Below, piece by piece: positions 48,298 through 56,650 of a stretch of 64,000 nucleotides of DNA; position 1 is the first letter of the stretch, and each line of letters begins with the position of its first letter. Below the pieces are notes generated by a model. That model had not been told where the DNA came from and searched no databases. It worked only from the letters and a program-made list of their open reading frames with translations. Source of the DNA: an uncultured virus (IMG/VR IMGVR_UViG_3300035670_000155). Taxonomy: Duplodnaviria > Heunggongvirae > Uroviricota > Caudoviricetes. A program made the position numbers and the translations under genes. The stretch lies in IMG/VR virus record IMGVR_UViG_3300035670_000155. The stretch is one strand, 5' to 3'.

Positions 48298-48731
48298 TTG
48301 CAATTGCGACGCATTCTCAATTGCTTTTATGCGCATAACCGCATAATAGTACAAATGTACTATTATAAGCAAATCTTATCATTCCGGCCTGATCTATCAG
48401 CATTGCTTATCATATAAGGGATTGTGAACAATACGGTTCCCCGGTCGGGAATGTGCGCTTTTATTGTCCGGTTCCCTAGTGGGGAATAGGGGATTCTGGC
48501 CAGTCGATTCCCCGGTTCGCCGATCGGAAATAGCGCGTTACAGAATGTGACAATCGCGCTCAGTCTCGCCCGTCTCGCGCTATGGGCGGCGGTGTTGCGC
48601 AGTGTGACAATGGCGGTTGACAGTGTGGGGGGATGCATGGTATCCGCGCGGGCGCGATTTCTTTCTTTCCCCTTATGGTCGCCGCCCCGTAGGCTCCTGG
48701 ACAATCGGCCAAACCACAAAACCGCCACACC

Positions 48732-48777
48732 GTCCAGGACCTTGGGACACTTGCGCAAGTGTCCCAAGGTCCTGGAC
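48732..48777. repeat. 46-bp perfect palindrome
   Basis: GTCCAGGACCTTGGGACACTTGC|GCAAGTGTCCCAAGGTCCTGGAC. Confidence 0.95.
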
Positions 48778-48848
48778 CGTGGGCCAGATTGGCGGCATGA
48801 TGGCGTCAAGCGATCGGAGACGGTCGCCGCAGTTCCTACTTTCCTTTC

Positions 48849-49064
48849 ATGAAAGATTCACAACTTCTAGGGTTTTGGACTATGGGCGCCAATGGTCTCC
48901 CTGCAGATCGCCCGCAATGGCGCCGCCCCGTAATGCCGGGCGAGACCATGCCGCCGGCCCCTAGGTCTCGCAATGGCGCCGCCCCTAGCCTGCCGCCCCT
49001 GCAGTATCGGCAGACTATGAGCGGGCGTCGTGTTGCATGGGATGAGCCGGGCGAAACTTTCTAG
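48849..49064 (+). CDS. hypothetical proline-rich protein
   Basis: Early-type leader (hairpin plus pyrimidine tract). Confidence 0.4.
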   Translation: MKDSQLLGFWTMGANGLPADRPQWRRPVMPGETMPPAPRSRNGAAPSLPPLQYRQTMSGRRVAWDEPGETF

Positions 49065-49104
49065 GCTTTCTTTCTTTCCTTTCTTTCTTTCTTTCTTTCA
49101 AATC

Positions 49105-49818
49105 ATGAAACTTTCCGCGCTTTCCTTCCATTTGACCGTTAAGTCTGACAACGCCAAAACCGGGCCGATGGCAGTCAGTACAAGTTCAAAGGCTACTTGT
49201 TCCCCTTCCTGCCCTTTCCTGCCGGAGAATGGCGGCGGCTGTTACGCTCAGTCTGGCCCGCTTAACTTGCACTGGCTTAAGGTTACCAGCGGCGAGCGTG
49301 GGGAAAGTTGGGCCAAGTTCCTGAATAAGCTTTCTTTCCTTCCTGCAGGTTCGCCATTTCGCCACAACCAAGCCGGCGATCTTCCGCACAATAACGGAAA
49401 GATCAGTGAAACTTTTATCAGGAAGATGATCCTAGCAGTGTCACACTTGCGGGCCTACACTTACACTCACCACAAGCTAACCCTAGGGGAGAATCTTTCT
49501 CTCATCAGGAAAGCAAACCGCGCAGGGTTCACTATCAACGTAAGCTGTGAAAGCGAGGCACAAGTGGATGAAACAATCGCCTGCAATCTTCCTGCCGTCG
49601 TTGTAGTGAAAAGCGATGAAACTAGGACGCAATGGCGCACACAAGCCGGCAACATCGTTCTAGTTTGTCCGGCACAACGTAGCGACACTGTAACCTGCGC
49701 AGACTGCATGCTGTGTCACAAGCGCGGCAAAAGGGTTGCCATTGGCTTCCTGGCCCATGGTACCGGCAAAAAGCGCGCGGAGGCTAGCCTGGAAGCCTCT
49801 CAGAGCGCCGCAGGTTGA
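49105..49818 (+). CDS. Cys-rich phage protein, possibly degenerate radical-SAM-like
   Basis: SDNAKTG...TCSPSCPF...GCYA...RHNQAGD...YTYTH...CPAQ...CADCMLC...FLAHG. Confidence 0.65.
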   Translation: MKLSALSFHLTVKSDNAKTGPMAVSTSSKATCSPSCPFLPENGGGCYAQSGPLNLHWLKVTSGERGESWAKFLNKLSFLPAGSPFRHNQAGDLPHNNGKISETFIRKMILAVSHLRAYTYTHHKLTLGENLSLIRKANRAGFTINVSCESEAQVDETIACNLPAVVVVKSDETRTQWRTQAGNIVLVCPAQRSDTVTCADCMLCHKRGKRVAIGFLAHGTGKKRAEASLEASQSAAG

Positions 49819-50369
49819 CGCTACGGGGAAAGATGGGGCCCCAGGAAAGATCGGTGTTCCTGGGGCTTGTAGGGGAAATTCTCAACAACAGCGACTATTG
49901 CGAACGACTCATCACCATTCCTGATCAAACCAATCCGCCAAACTGTAGCAACGGATACAGACACAGAGCAGTAGCGGGTGGTATGGGCGTGGATTGGGGC
50001 GGGGTTACCCCCGTTAAAAGCGACGTAATTTTCAAACGACTTTTTTTGCTTTTGCTCACCGCGCTACATTCTTTTCGTTTATTTTCCATGGCCCGAAAGC
50101 TAGTGCGCACTGCGCGAACGATCTAAAGCTTGCGAAAGGGAGTGAGCGCACTAAGATTGTTCCCGAACGTGCAATCGTTCTCAAACATAAGATTGTGCAA
50201 AGAAGGGGCCTATGTTAAGGAGCCGCCCCAAGCGGCGTTGTTCGTGCCCCTTCTTTAGTCTCAATATTGTCTCAAACTAGTCTTAAATGAGACTGGCGGT
50301 AGCTGCGCACACCATGGGCGATCAAACTACTGTCAGAAAAGAAATGGTTGAAAGGAAGGTGGCAGGGAG

Positions 50370-50690
50370 GGAGCCCTAGGATCGTACGCCTTGGGGGCTA
50401 ATGCTCGTAACGGGCTCCTAGCGAAGGTTTCTTAAAAGAAGCAGTCGAGAGGAGGGTTGTTGAGAAGAGCCGCTATGAAAAGGTCGCTTTGGGCTCCCGC
50501 TCGAAGCGGCTCAGGCGAAGGAAGCTTAACTGCTCGTGACAAACGTTCGTAGATGCGTTGCTTGTCAGTGGAATACGCTGCGCCTATATACAGTGTACAG
50601 GCTAATCTCATGAGTCTCAAGCTGTCTCATAATGAGACTGTAGTCATAGCTTGATTCTTGATGATTGTGCCAGTTAACAAACTGGCTTTT
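50370..50690 (+). repeat. right arm of inverted non-coding homology (structured element copies B and C)
   Basis: Shares blocks with 40099-40390 on the opposite strand. Confidence 0.75.
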
Positions 50691-50742
50691 ATGAGCAAAT
50701 TAAAACAATAATTGCTTCGGTTAGCATGATTTCCTTTCTGCC

Positions 50743-50985
50743 ATGGCTTACACGGACAGTCGTTGCGACTATGTAGAAGTGACGGAACTATGGAGGGTGT
50801 ATGTGCCTTCTGAGCGCTCTTGGAACAAAGCAGTAAGAGAGCTTGAGAAAGCCATCAAGCCAGAAAAGACCAGCTTTTACCGCTCAGGACTGCTAGCCCG
50901 TAACCACGGGCATCAAATGGACTTAATGAACTGGCAGTTGACAAAAGGCGAAGACCAGCTACCCTGCTCCTATCCCGACTGGTGA
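50743..50985 (+). CDS. hypothetical protein
   Basis: ORF. Confidence 0.55.
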   Translation: MAYTDSRCDYVEVTELWRVYVPSERSWNKAVRELEKAIKPEKTSFYRSGLLARNHGHQMDLMNWQLTKGEDQLPCSYPDW

Positions 50986-51392
50986 AACCATCGGGGCTCC
51001 CTCCCCGACTGGTGATCACCGTGCCCTTCGACGAAGAACTGTTCGCTCTTGCCATGGACCACACAAGCAGCTCAGAGCTTCCTGCCCTGAAGAAGCGCTT
51101 TAAAGGCTTTTCCATTTGTAAAGACATGGCCACTGCTGCTGCCTTTGGCTACCTTGCCGCCATGCGCGATCAAGAAAAAGAAAACGCCGCTGAAGAGACC
51201 ACCATTTTCGACAGGGTGTTTGCCACTATTGAACACCCTGCCACTAATGCCTGCGAAACTACGGAAATCATCATGGGGCTTGTATTTCTTTGGCTCAAGG
51301 AAGAATTTATTGAAGAAGGCTTCGCTGGTACTATCATCGACTTCCTAGAAGAACGCTTTGCTTCCTATGTCAAGCCCAGTGTTCTTGATTAG
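50982..51392 (+). CDS. hypothetical protein
   Basis: GTGA-coupled ORF. Confidence 0.5.
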   Translation: MKPSGLPPRLVITVPFDEELFALAMDHTSSSELPALKKRFKGFSICKDMATAAAFGYLAAMRDQEKENAAEETTIFDRVFATIEHPATNACETTEIIMGLVFLWLKEEFIEEGFAGTIIDFLEERFASYVKPSVLD

Positions 51393-52360
51393 TCTCGATA
51401 AAAAACAGAAGCAGCATGCAACACTGCAAAACCTTCTAAATTAAGACGCTGTAGTCGTTCAGGGTAGAAGCAAGCAATGCGCTCGTCTTCCATTTCCTTT
51501 CCTGATGCTGCAATTCTCAAATCAGCACTGTCATGGGAGCAAGCAATTGCTCCTTTTCTTTTTTCATTGTGCCAATAGTAATAAGAGCGCTCAAAAAGAT
51601 CTGGCGAATATAGTTCAACAGCTCTGCTATAGACAGTCATATAGCGAGCCATTGTTTTTCTGTTGCCAATGGCATAAAGGTCGCAAATGTCGTTTGAGTG
51701 AGCGCCTTCATGCAGCCACAATTCAGTGGTGGGCTCTGGCCCTTCCTTTTTTCCTTCCCATTGATCTTCCCACCATTCAGCATGCAAGCGATCACATTGA
51801 AGACAGCCACCGCCTCCGCCAGGGTGGGGATGAGCCTTTTCGTTTGCAGCAATCAATAAATTTTGGAAACGATGGTCAGTGGAGAGAAAAAATTCCCGAA
51901 CGTTCCATCTGGCAGGAAAAATGTCGAAACGAAGTTTAACGATAGTATCGTGCTCAATATTATTTTCCTTTTCCCATTGAAGCATTGCTTCGTAGCTGCG
52001 CTGCATTGAATAGAGTTGCATGCCAATGTGCTTCTTCGCTGCTTGCTTGTCCAAGAGAAATGCTCTTTCGGGAAGCTGTAAAAAGGCCTCTTGCTCTTCT
52101 TCGTCCTCAAAGAAATAATTGCGAAACGGCAATGCCGCTATCATGCCCTCTTTGTCTTCTAACGGGCTTTTCACATAGGAGCCTTCAATGCGTCGATTGC
52201 CCTTCATCTCAGCATGACAATCAACAGTCCATGAATGGAAGAAGCAATTAACAACAGCTCCTCCGTCTTCCAGCTCTTTTATCATTTCTCTCCATCGTCC
52301 CACATGCTTAAAGAAAGAACGCCTATGACCAGAGAAGAGAAGAGCGATGTACACGGCCAA
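51389..52360 (-). CDS. putative glycosyltransferase-like protein
   Basis: IALLFSGHRR...FFHSW...QLYSM...HDTIVKLRFD...CDLYAIG...PE. Confidence 0.55.
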   Translation of the reverse strand: MAVYIALLFSGHRRSFFKHVGRWREMIKELEDGGAVVNCFFHSWTVDCHAEMKGNRRIEGSYVKSPLEDKEGMIAALPFRNYFFEDEEEQEAFLQLPERAFLLDKQAAKKHIGMQLYSMQRSYEAMLQWEKENNIEHDTIVKLRFDIFPARWNVREFFLSTDHRFQNLLIAANEKAHPHPGGGGGCLQCDRLHAEWWEDQWEGKKEGPEPTTELWLHEGAHSNDICDLYAIGNRKTMARYMTVYSRAVELYSPDLFERSYYYWHNEKRKGAIACSHDSADLRIAASGKEMEDERIACFYPERLQRLNLEGFAVLHAASVFYRD

Positions 52361-52444
52361 AAATGAAAATTTTCTTTTGCGTAGTCTATTTTACCGTTTG
52401 TATTTTATTTTTCTAGTAGCCTAAGAAATCATAGCCATCAAGCC

Positions 52445-52633
52445 ATGTTTGATGATTTGCCAATGCCTTTTATGGTGGGCAGCATTAAGGTGTGGCCAGC
52501 TCATAGCCGGCCTGGCTTTAGCTGGTTCATTGCTCACGAAGGACGGCCCTATTATTTTCGCTCTCGCAACGAGGCTGTGCTGTTTGCAAAGGATGCTCAA
52601 AGCGGAAGTGATTCTGAAGGCTTGTGTGATTGA
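52445..52633 (+). CDS. hypothetical protein
   Basis: ORF. Confidence 0.55.
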   Translation: MFDDLPMPFMVGSIKVWPAHSRPGFSWFIAHEGRPYYFRSRNEAVLFAKDAQSGSDSEGLCD

Positions 52634-52705
52634 CTGAGGGCAAAGGTTTTTGCGCTAGTCTGCTTTGGTTGGTCGTTGGCCCGCTAGGCGGGCTTTTGTT
52701 GTCTT

Positions 52706-54154
52706 ATGAAGCTCAAGGAACAGGCGAAGTGTGAAAAGATTGCTCGCACCGGTCGTGTGCAAAGCTGGCTTGACGAAGCAGACGGAAGACTGCCCGTAAG
52801 CTGCACGGTCTTCGTCGTGGATGATTCAATGGAGGGGGAAAATGGCATTGAAGCATCGTGGCGTTTTGTTTCTCATGGCCTGCGCAATGGTGCAGGCGTA
52901 GCAGTGCATTTGTCTGAGCTGCGTGGCAAAGGCGATGAAAATGGAAAAGGCCTTGTTGCAAGTGGTCCCATTAGCTTCGGCAAAATTTATTCCACGCTCA
53001 ATGAAATTCTTCGCAGAGGCGGACGCTATAAAAATGGGGCCGTAGTGCTTCATCTTGACTATTCGCATCCTGACATTCTTGATTTCATCAAAGCTTCTCG
53101 TCAAGAGCTTCCATGGGTGAAGAGGTGTGTGAATGTGGATGAACAGTTTATTGAGAACTCTTCTCAAGAGCTTATTGATGAGCTGCTAAAAGGCATTGCT
53201 TCTGGCGACATCTGGCTTAACAAAATTCGGTACGATCAAGAAGGAAAGCGCATCCGTGCCAATGTCTGCCTTGAAGTTTATCTTCCTCACCGTGGCACTT
53301 GCCTTCTTCAGCACGTCAACATGGGTGCTTGCGACATCGACGAAGTAGAAGCGGCTTTTGTCGAGGGCATGGAGCAATTGTGCGAGCTTCATGGCGGCAC
53401 GGGCGTTGGCGATACGGGCGAATATCTCCCTCCTTCTGTTGACAAGCAAGTGGGCCTTGGCATGCTTGGTCTTGCCAACTTCCTTTCCCTCCATGGCATT
53501 TCTTACGAAGACTTCGGGAAGGCCCTGGAAGCCCTGAACGATGATGACCCCCATCCATGGTGCCACTATTGGGGCGAGAAGCCTGCTGGCAGGGCTGCAG
53601 CAGCCATTCGTAATGGCATTGAGGCAGCGGCAAAGATTGCTCGTGAAGCTGGCATGCATCGTGCTTTCTGCATTGCTCCCACAGCATCTTGCTCTTATCG
53701 CTATATCGATAAGAAAGGCTTTACAACTGCCCCTGAAATTGCCCCTCCCATTGGACGGCTTGTTGATAGGGACTCTGGCACTTTTGGCGTGGAAAGTTTT
53801 GACTATGGGGAAGTGGAAATTGCGGAACAAGTTGGCTGGAGCACTTACGTTCTTGTCGTGAATGAACTCGTGCGTTTGTATCAAGCCACTGGCCTTTTTC
53901 ACGGTTACTCCATGAACACATGGGGAGATCTGGTTACTTACGATCGAGAGTTCCTTCAAGATTGGCTAGACTCTCCTCAGACAAGCATGTACTATTCCTT
54001 GCAAGTCATGTCTGACATGCAAAGAAAGGACGATGCTTACGCCGCTCTTGATGACGACTTCAAGAGCATATTTGGACTCGAAGATAGCGAGCCTTCTGGA
54101 GAGGTTGTTACTTGCAGTTTGGATGCAGGCTTCTGCTCTAGCTGCGCTGAATAA
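52706..54154 (+). CDS. nrdA: ribonucleotide reductase alpha subunit, short cyanophage type
   Basis: PVSC, GAGVAV, RRGG, NVCLE, GLGMLGLAN, IAPTASCS, C-terminal CSSCAE. Confidence 0.9.
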   Translation: MKLKEQAKCEKIARTGRVQSWLDEADGRLPVSCTVFVVDDSMEGENGIEASWRFVSHGLRNGAGVAVHLSELRGKGDENGKGLVASGPISFGKIYSTLNEILRRGGRYKNGAVVLHLDYSHPDILDFIKASRQELPWVKRCVNVDEQFIENSSQELIDELLKGIASGDIWLNKIRYDQEGKRIRANVCLEVYLPHRGTCLLQHVNMGACDIDEVEAAFVEGMEQLCELHGGTGVGDTGEYLPPSVDKQVGLGMLGLANFLSLHGISYEDFGKALEALNDDDPHPWCHYWGEKPAGRAAAAIRNGIEAAAKIAREAGMHRAFCIAPTASCSYRYIDKKGFTTAPEIAPPIGRLVDRDSGTFGVESFDYGEVEIAEQVGWSTYVLVVNELVRLYQATGLFHGYSMNTWGDLVTYDREFLQDWLDSPQTSMYYSLQVMSDMQRKDDAYAALDDDFKSIFGLEDSEPSGEVVTCSLDAGFCSSCAE

Positions 54155-54227
54155 TTCTCTCTCCATAGTTCTTTACAAAGGGGGAGTTTCTTCCCCTTTT
54201 TCATTCTTTTCCATCGCTTTCCTAAAT

Positions 54228-54962
54228 ATGATCGCCTCCCAGCAGAGTCCCTATTTGAATGTCCTTGCCAAAAAGCGTGCATGGACGCCTGTGCAAGTGG
54301 CAAAAGGACAGGTGACAGAGGGCGCTGAAAGCACTTTGCTTAAGGCTTTGGCATTGCGCCACCTTGAAATTCCCGTAAAGGAGCTTCTCGAGGAGGGTAT
54401 GAAACGCGAACTACCCTCCACCCCTGGCCTTATTGAGACTCTTCGCTCTAACCAGGACGATGAGGACCGCCACTTGGAGGCTTTGAACTACGTGGCCGAC
54501 GCCCACGGTACTGACGCAAAGTCAGAGCGTGAAGTGATGAGCATTTTGAAAGCTTGGAACGAGCACCCTGCTCATCCCATTCTCAAGGCAGGCATTATGG
54601 AACGCTCTGTTTTTTTCGTGGCGCTTCCGTTTTTCAGACAGACGGGTGACGTGGGCATGCGCACTGTCTCGCAAGATATTTCGAGAGATGAAAGGGTTCA
54701 TACCGTGGTCAATGCCATGGTGAGCAAGGAACTAGGGGAAAAGGAAAGCCAAAGTCTTGACAAACTTCGCGCCGCCACTGTTGCTTGGCTTTTTGATGAT
54801 CTCGGCGCCTCGTCCAATCAATGGCTGAACAAAGATTTTTGGCTGCGTCAATCTCGCTCTTTATTTTGGACTGGCAAGGCTCCCGAAATGGCCGCAACTC
54901 GCAGCAGCCGATGCCCTGCTTTTTTCGAAAGCCCCAACACTTCACTGCCTATGTATTCTTAG
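54228..54962 (+). CDS. nrdB: ferritin-like RNR beta subunit
   Basis: DEDRH and DERVH ExxH motifs directly after the alpha subunit. Confidence 0.8.
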   Translation: MIASQQSPYLNVLAKKRAWTPVQVAKGQVTEGAESTLLKALALRHLEIPVKELLEEGMKRELPSTPGLIETLRSNQDDEDRHLEALNYVADAHGTDAKSEREVMSILKAWNEHPAHPILKAGIMERSVFFVALPFFRQTGDVGMRTVSQDISRDERVHTVVNAMVSKELGEKESQSLDKLRAATVAWLFDDLGASSNQWLNKDFWLRQSRSLFWTGKAPEMAATRSSRCPAFFESPNTSLPMYS

Positions 54963-55028
54963 AGACCACTTGCAATCTTCCAGCTTATCCATGCTAAACT
55001 GGCGGGGTTCTTGTTCTCCGCCTTTTTC

Positions 55029-55721
55029 ATGGAAGAAATTTGGAAACCCATTCCTGGTTACGAAACCCATTACGCAGCTTCAAGTCTTGGACGTATCAAA
55101 AGTGTTCAACGCGTTGTCAAGGATACTAAGAACGGCAAAGAGCGCACTCGCGTGTTCAAAGAGAAAATCCTTCGGTTTAATATCAGCAAGAGCCATGGGC
55201 GAATGTCTGTGATGCTGTCTAAAAATGGAGAACTGAAAAGAATTCTTGTGGATCGCCTTGTGTGCCTTGCTTTCCATGGACTTCCTCCAGAAGGGAAGGA
55301 AAACGTTTTGCACTACGACGACGTTCACACCAACAATGTGCCAGAAAACCTTAGATGGGGCAGTCTCAAGGAAAATGCCGCCGACATGAAACGTAATCTT
55401 GGGTATTGGCCCGCGTACATTGACGGCAGATCCAAGCGTCCACGCAAAAAAATTGGCGACCCACTGCTCAACGAAGCCCAGGTCAGGGTGTTGTTGCGAC
55501 TTCCCAAAGACATGCGGCATTTGCGTGGCTTGCGCACTCAATTGGCTGAAGCATGGGGCGTAAAGCCTTCTACTATCAGCAGTGCTAAATACGGGGGCAA
55601 AGGATGGGATGAATTGACCACGGAGCCGCTTTGGGACATGGCGGAGCGCCTCAATGGCGAACTCCTTGGGCGTGACAAGCCCAAGCGCAACACTAGCCTG
55701 CCTTCTTACGGCCGCGCCTAG
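55029..55721 (+). CDS. NUMOD4-HNH homing endonuclease
   Basis: EIWKPIPGYE..Y.ASSLGRIKS; RLVCLAFHG...VLH.DD...NN..ENLRW...EN. Confidence 0.9.
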   Translation: MEEIWKPIPGYETHYAASSLGRIKSVQRVVKDTKNGKERTRVFKEKILRFNISKSHGRMSVMLSKNGELKRILVDRLVCLAFHGLPPEGKENVLHYDDVHTNNVPENLRWGSLKENAADMKRNLGYWPAYIDGRSKRPRKKIGDPLLNEAQVRVLLRLPKDMRHLRGLRTQLAEAWGVKPSTISSAKYGGKGWDELTTEPLWDMAERLNGELLGRDKPKRNTSLPSYGRA

Positions 55722-55775
55722 TGCTATAGTTACTTGACGGTCTGAACTTGGCACTTGCCTTGGGAGGACCGTTCT

Positions 55776-55844
55776 TGCTCTTTAGTGTTGGATACACGTT
55801 GGGCCGATAGCCCAGAATGCCGGGTTCGATTCCTGGAGGAGCCC
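55776..55844 (+). tRNA. degenerate tRNA-like element (anticodon GAT, Ile-like)
   Basis: Acceptor TGCTCTT/AGGAGCC, D stem GTGT/ACAC, anticodon arm TTGGG-CCGATAG-CCCAG, T arm CCGGG-TTCGATT-CCTGG. Confidence 0.6.
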
Positions 55845-55883
55845 TTTTTCTTTTGCTACACTAAAAGCCCCGCTTTTTCTGCA

Positions 55884-56084
55884 TTGGCTCGATTTCGCAT
55901 CAGGCAGCGACCCTCTTGTGTTCGTCCGTGGGAACCAGTCTTTGACGTGGAAGAGCGCGTGTTGTGGTGGTGGGAGAGCCGTGGCACATCCTTTTTGAGG
56001 TTTGACGCCGCCTTGAAGCACCTAGAAGATCTTGATAGTGCGCCTCCAAACGTAGAACGTAAGGTTGTTTACGAAAAGCATTGA
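55884..56084 (+). CDS. hypothetical protein
   Basis: 3' part of ORF 55755-56084, downstream of the tRNA-like element; start uncertain. Confidence 0.45.
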   Translation: MARFRIRQRPSCVRPWEPVFDVEERVLWWWESRGTSFLRFDAALKHLEDLDSAPPNVERKVVYEKH

Positions 56085-56089
56085 TCATC

Positions 56090-56650
56090 ATGAGCGCCTT
56101 TGTCACATCAGACTTGCATCTTGGCCATTCCAAGATCCTGGAATTTGACGCGCCAGATGGATCCCGAATGCGCCCATTTTCTTCCATCGAAGAGATGCAC
56201 GAACAAATTCAAGAACGTTGGAATAAAAAAGTTCATCAGAAGGATAATGTGTATGTGCTTGGCGATGTAGCGTTTTCCAAGACTGCCCTAAGGTTTTTGG
56301 AGGGCTTCAATGGGAGGAAAGTGCTAATTGCTGGCAATCATGATCGTCTTCCCGCCAAGCTCTATCTTCAATATTTTGACGATATTCGCGGAGCTTATTT
56401 CCACCATGGGGATAGCACCATGCTTGGAGGTTTAGTCTTCACGCACATTCCCATCCACCCCAAAGGACTCGTCGGACACTATCGAGGCAATGTTCACGGC
56501 CATCTCCATTGCCATCTTGTACACACAGAAGATGGGCAAGTGGATAGGCGCTATTTCAACGCATGCTTGGAGAGAAATAACTTTGAGCCAGTAGCATTAG
56601 AAGATATTAAGGCTTATTTCAAAGCCAATGGACGAACGTCGGACGTTTAA
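56090..56650 (+). CDS. calcineurin-like metallophosphoesterase
   Basis: SDLHLGH, LGDV, GNHD, THIP, HGHLH. Confidence 0.9.
   Translation: MSAFVTSDLHLGHSKILEFDAPDGSRMRPFSSIEEMHEQIQERWNKKVHQKDNVYVLGDVAFSKTALRFLEGFNGRKVLIAGNHDRLPAKLYLQYFDDIRGAYFHHGDSTMLGGLVFTHIPIHPKGLVGHYRGNVHGHLHCHLVHTEDGQVDRRYFNACLERNNFEPVALEDIKAYFKANGRTSDV

Noticed and set aside
52706..55721. Group I intron or intein in nrdAB or terL
   Set aside because: Reading frames are continuous and of compact size; the HNH is free-standing
55755..55883. N-terminal part of ORF 55755-56084
   Set aside because: Overlaps the tRNA-like element and its T tract; a downstream start is more plausible
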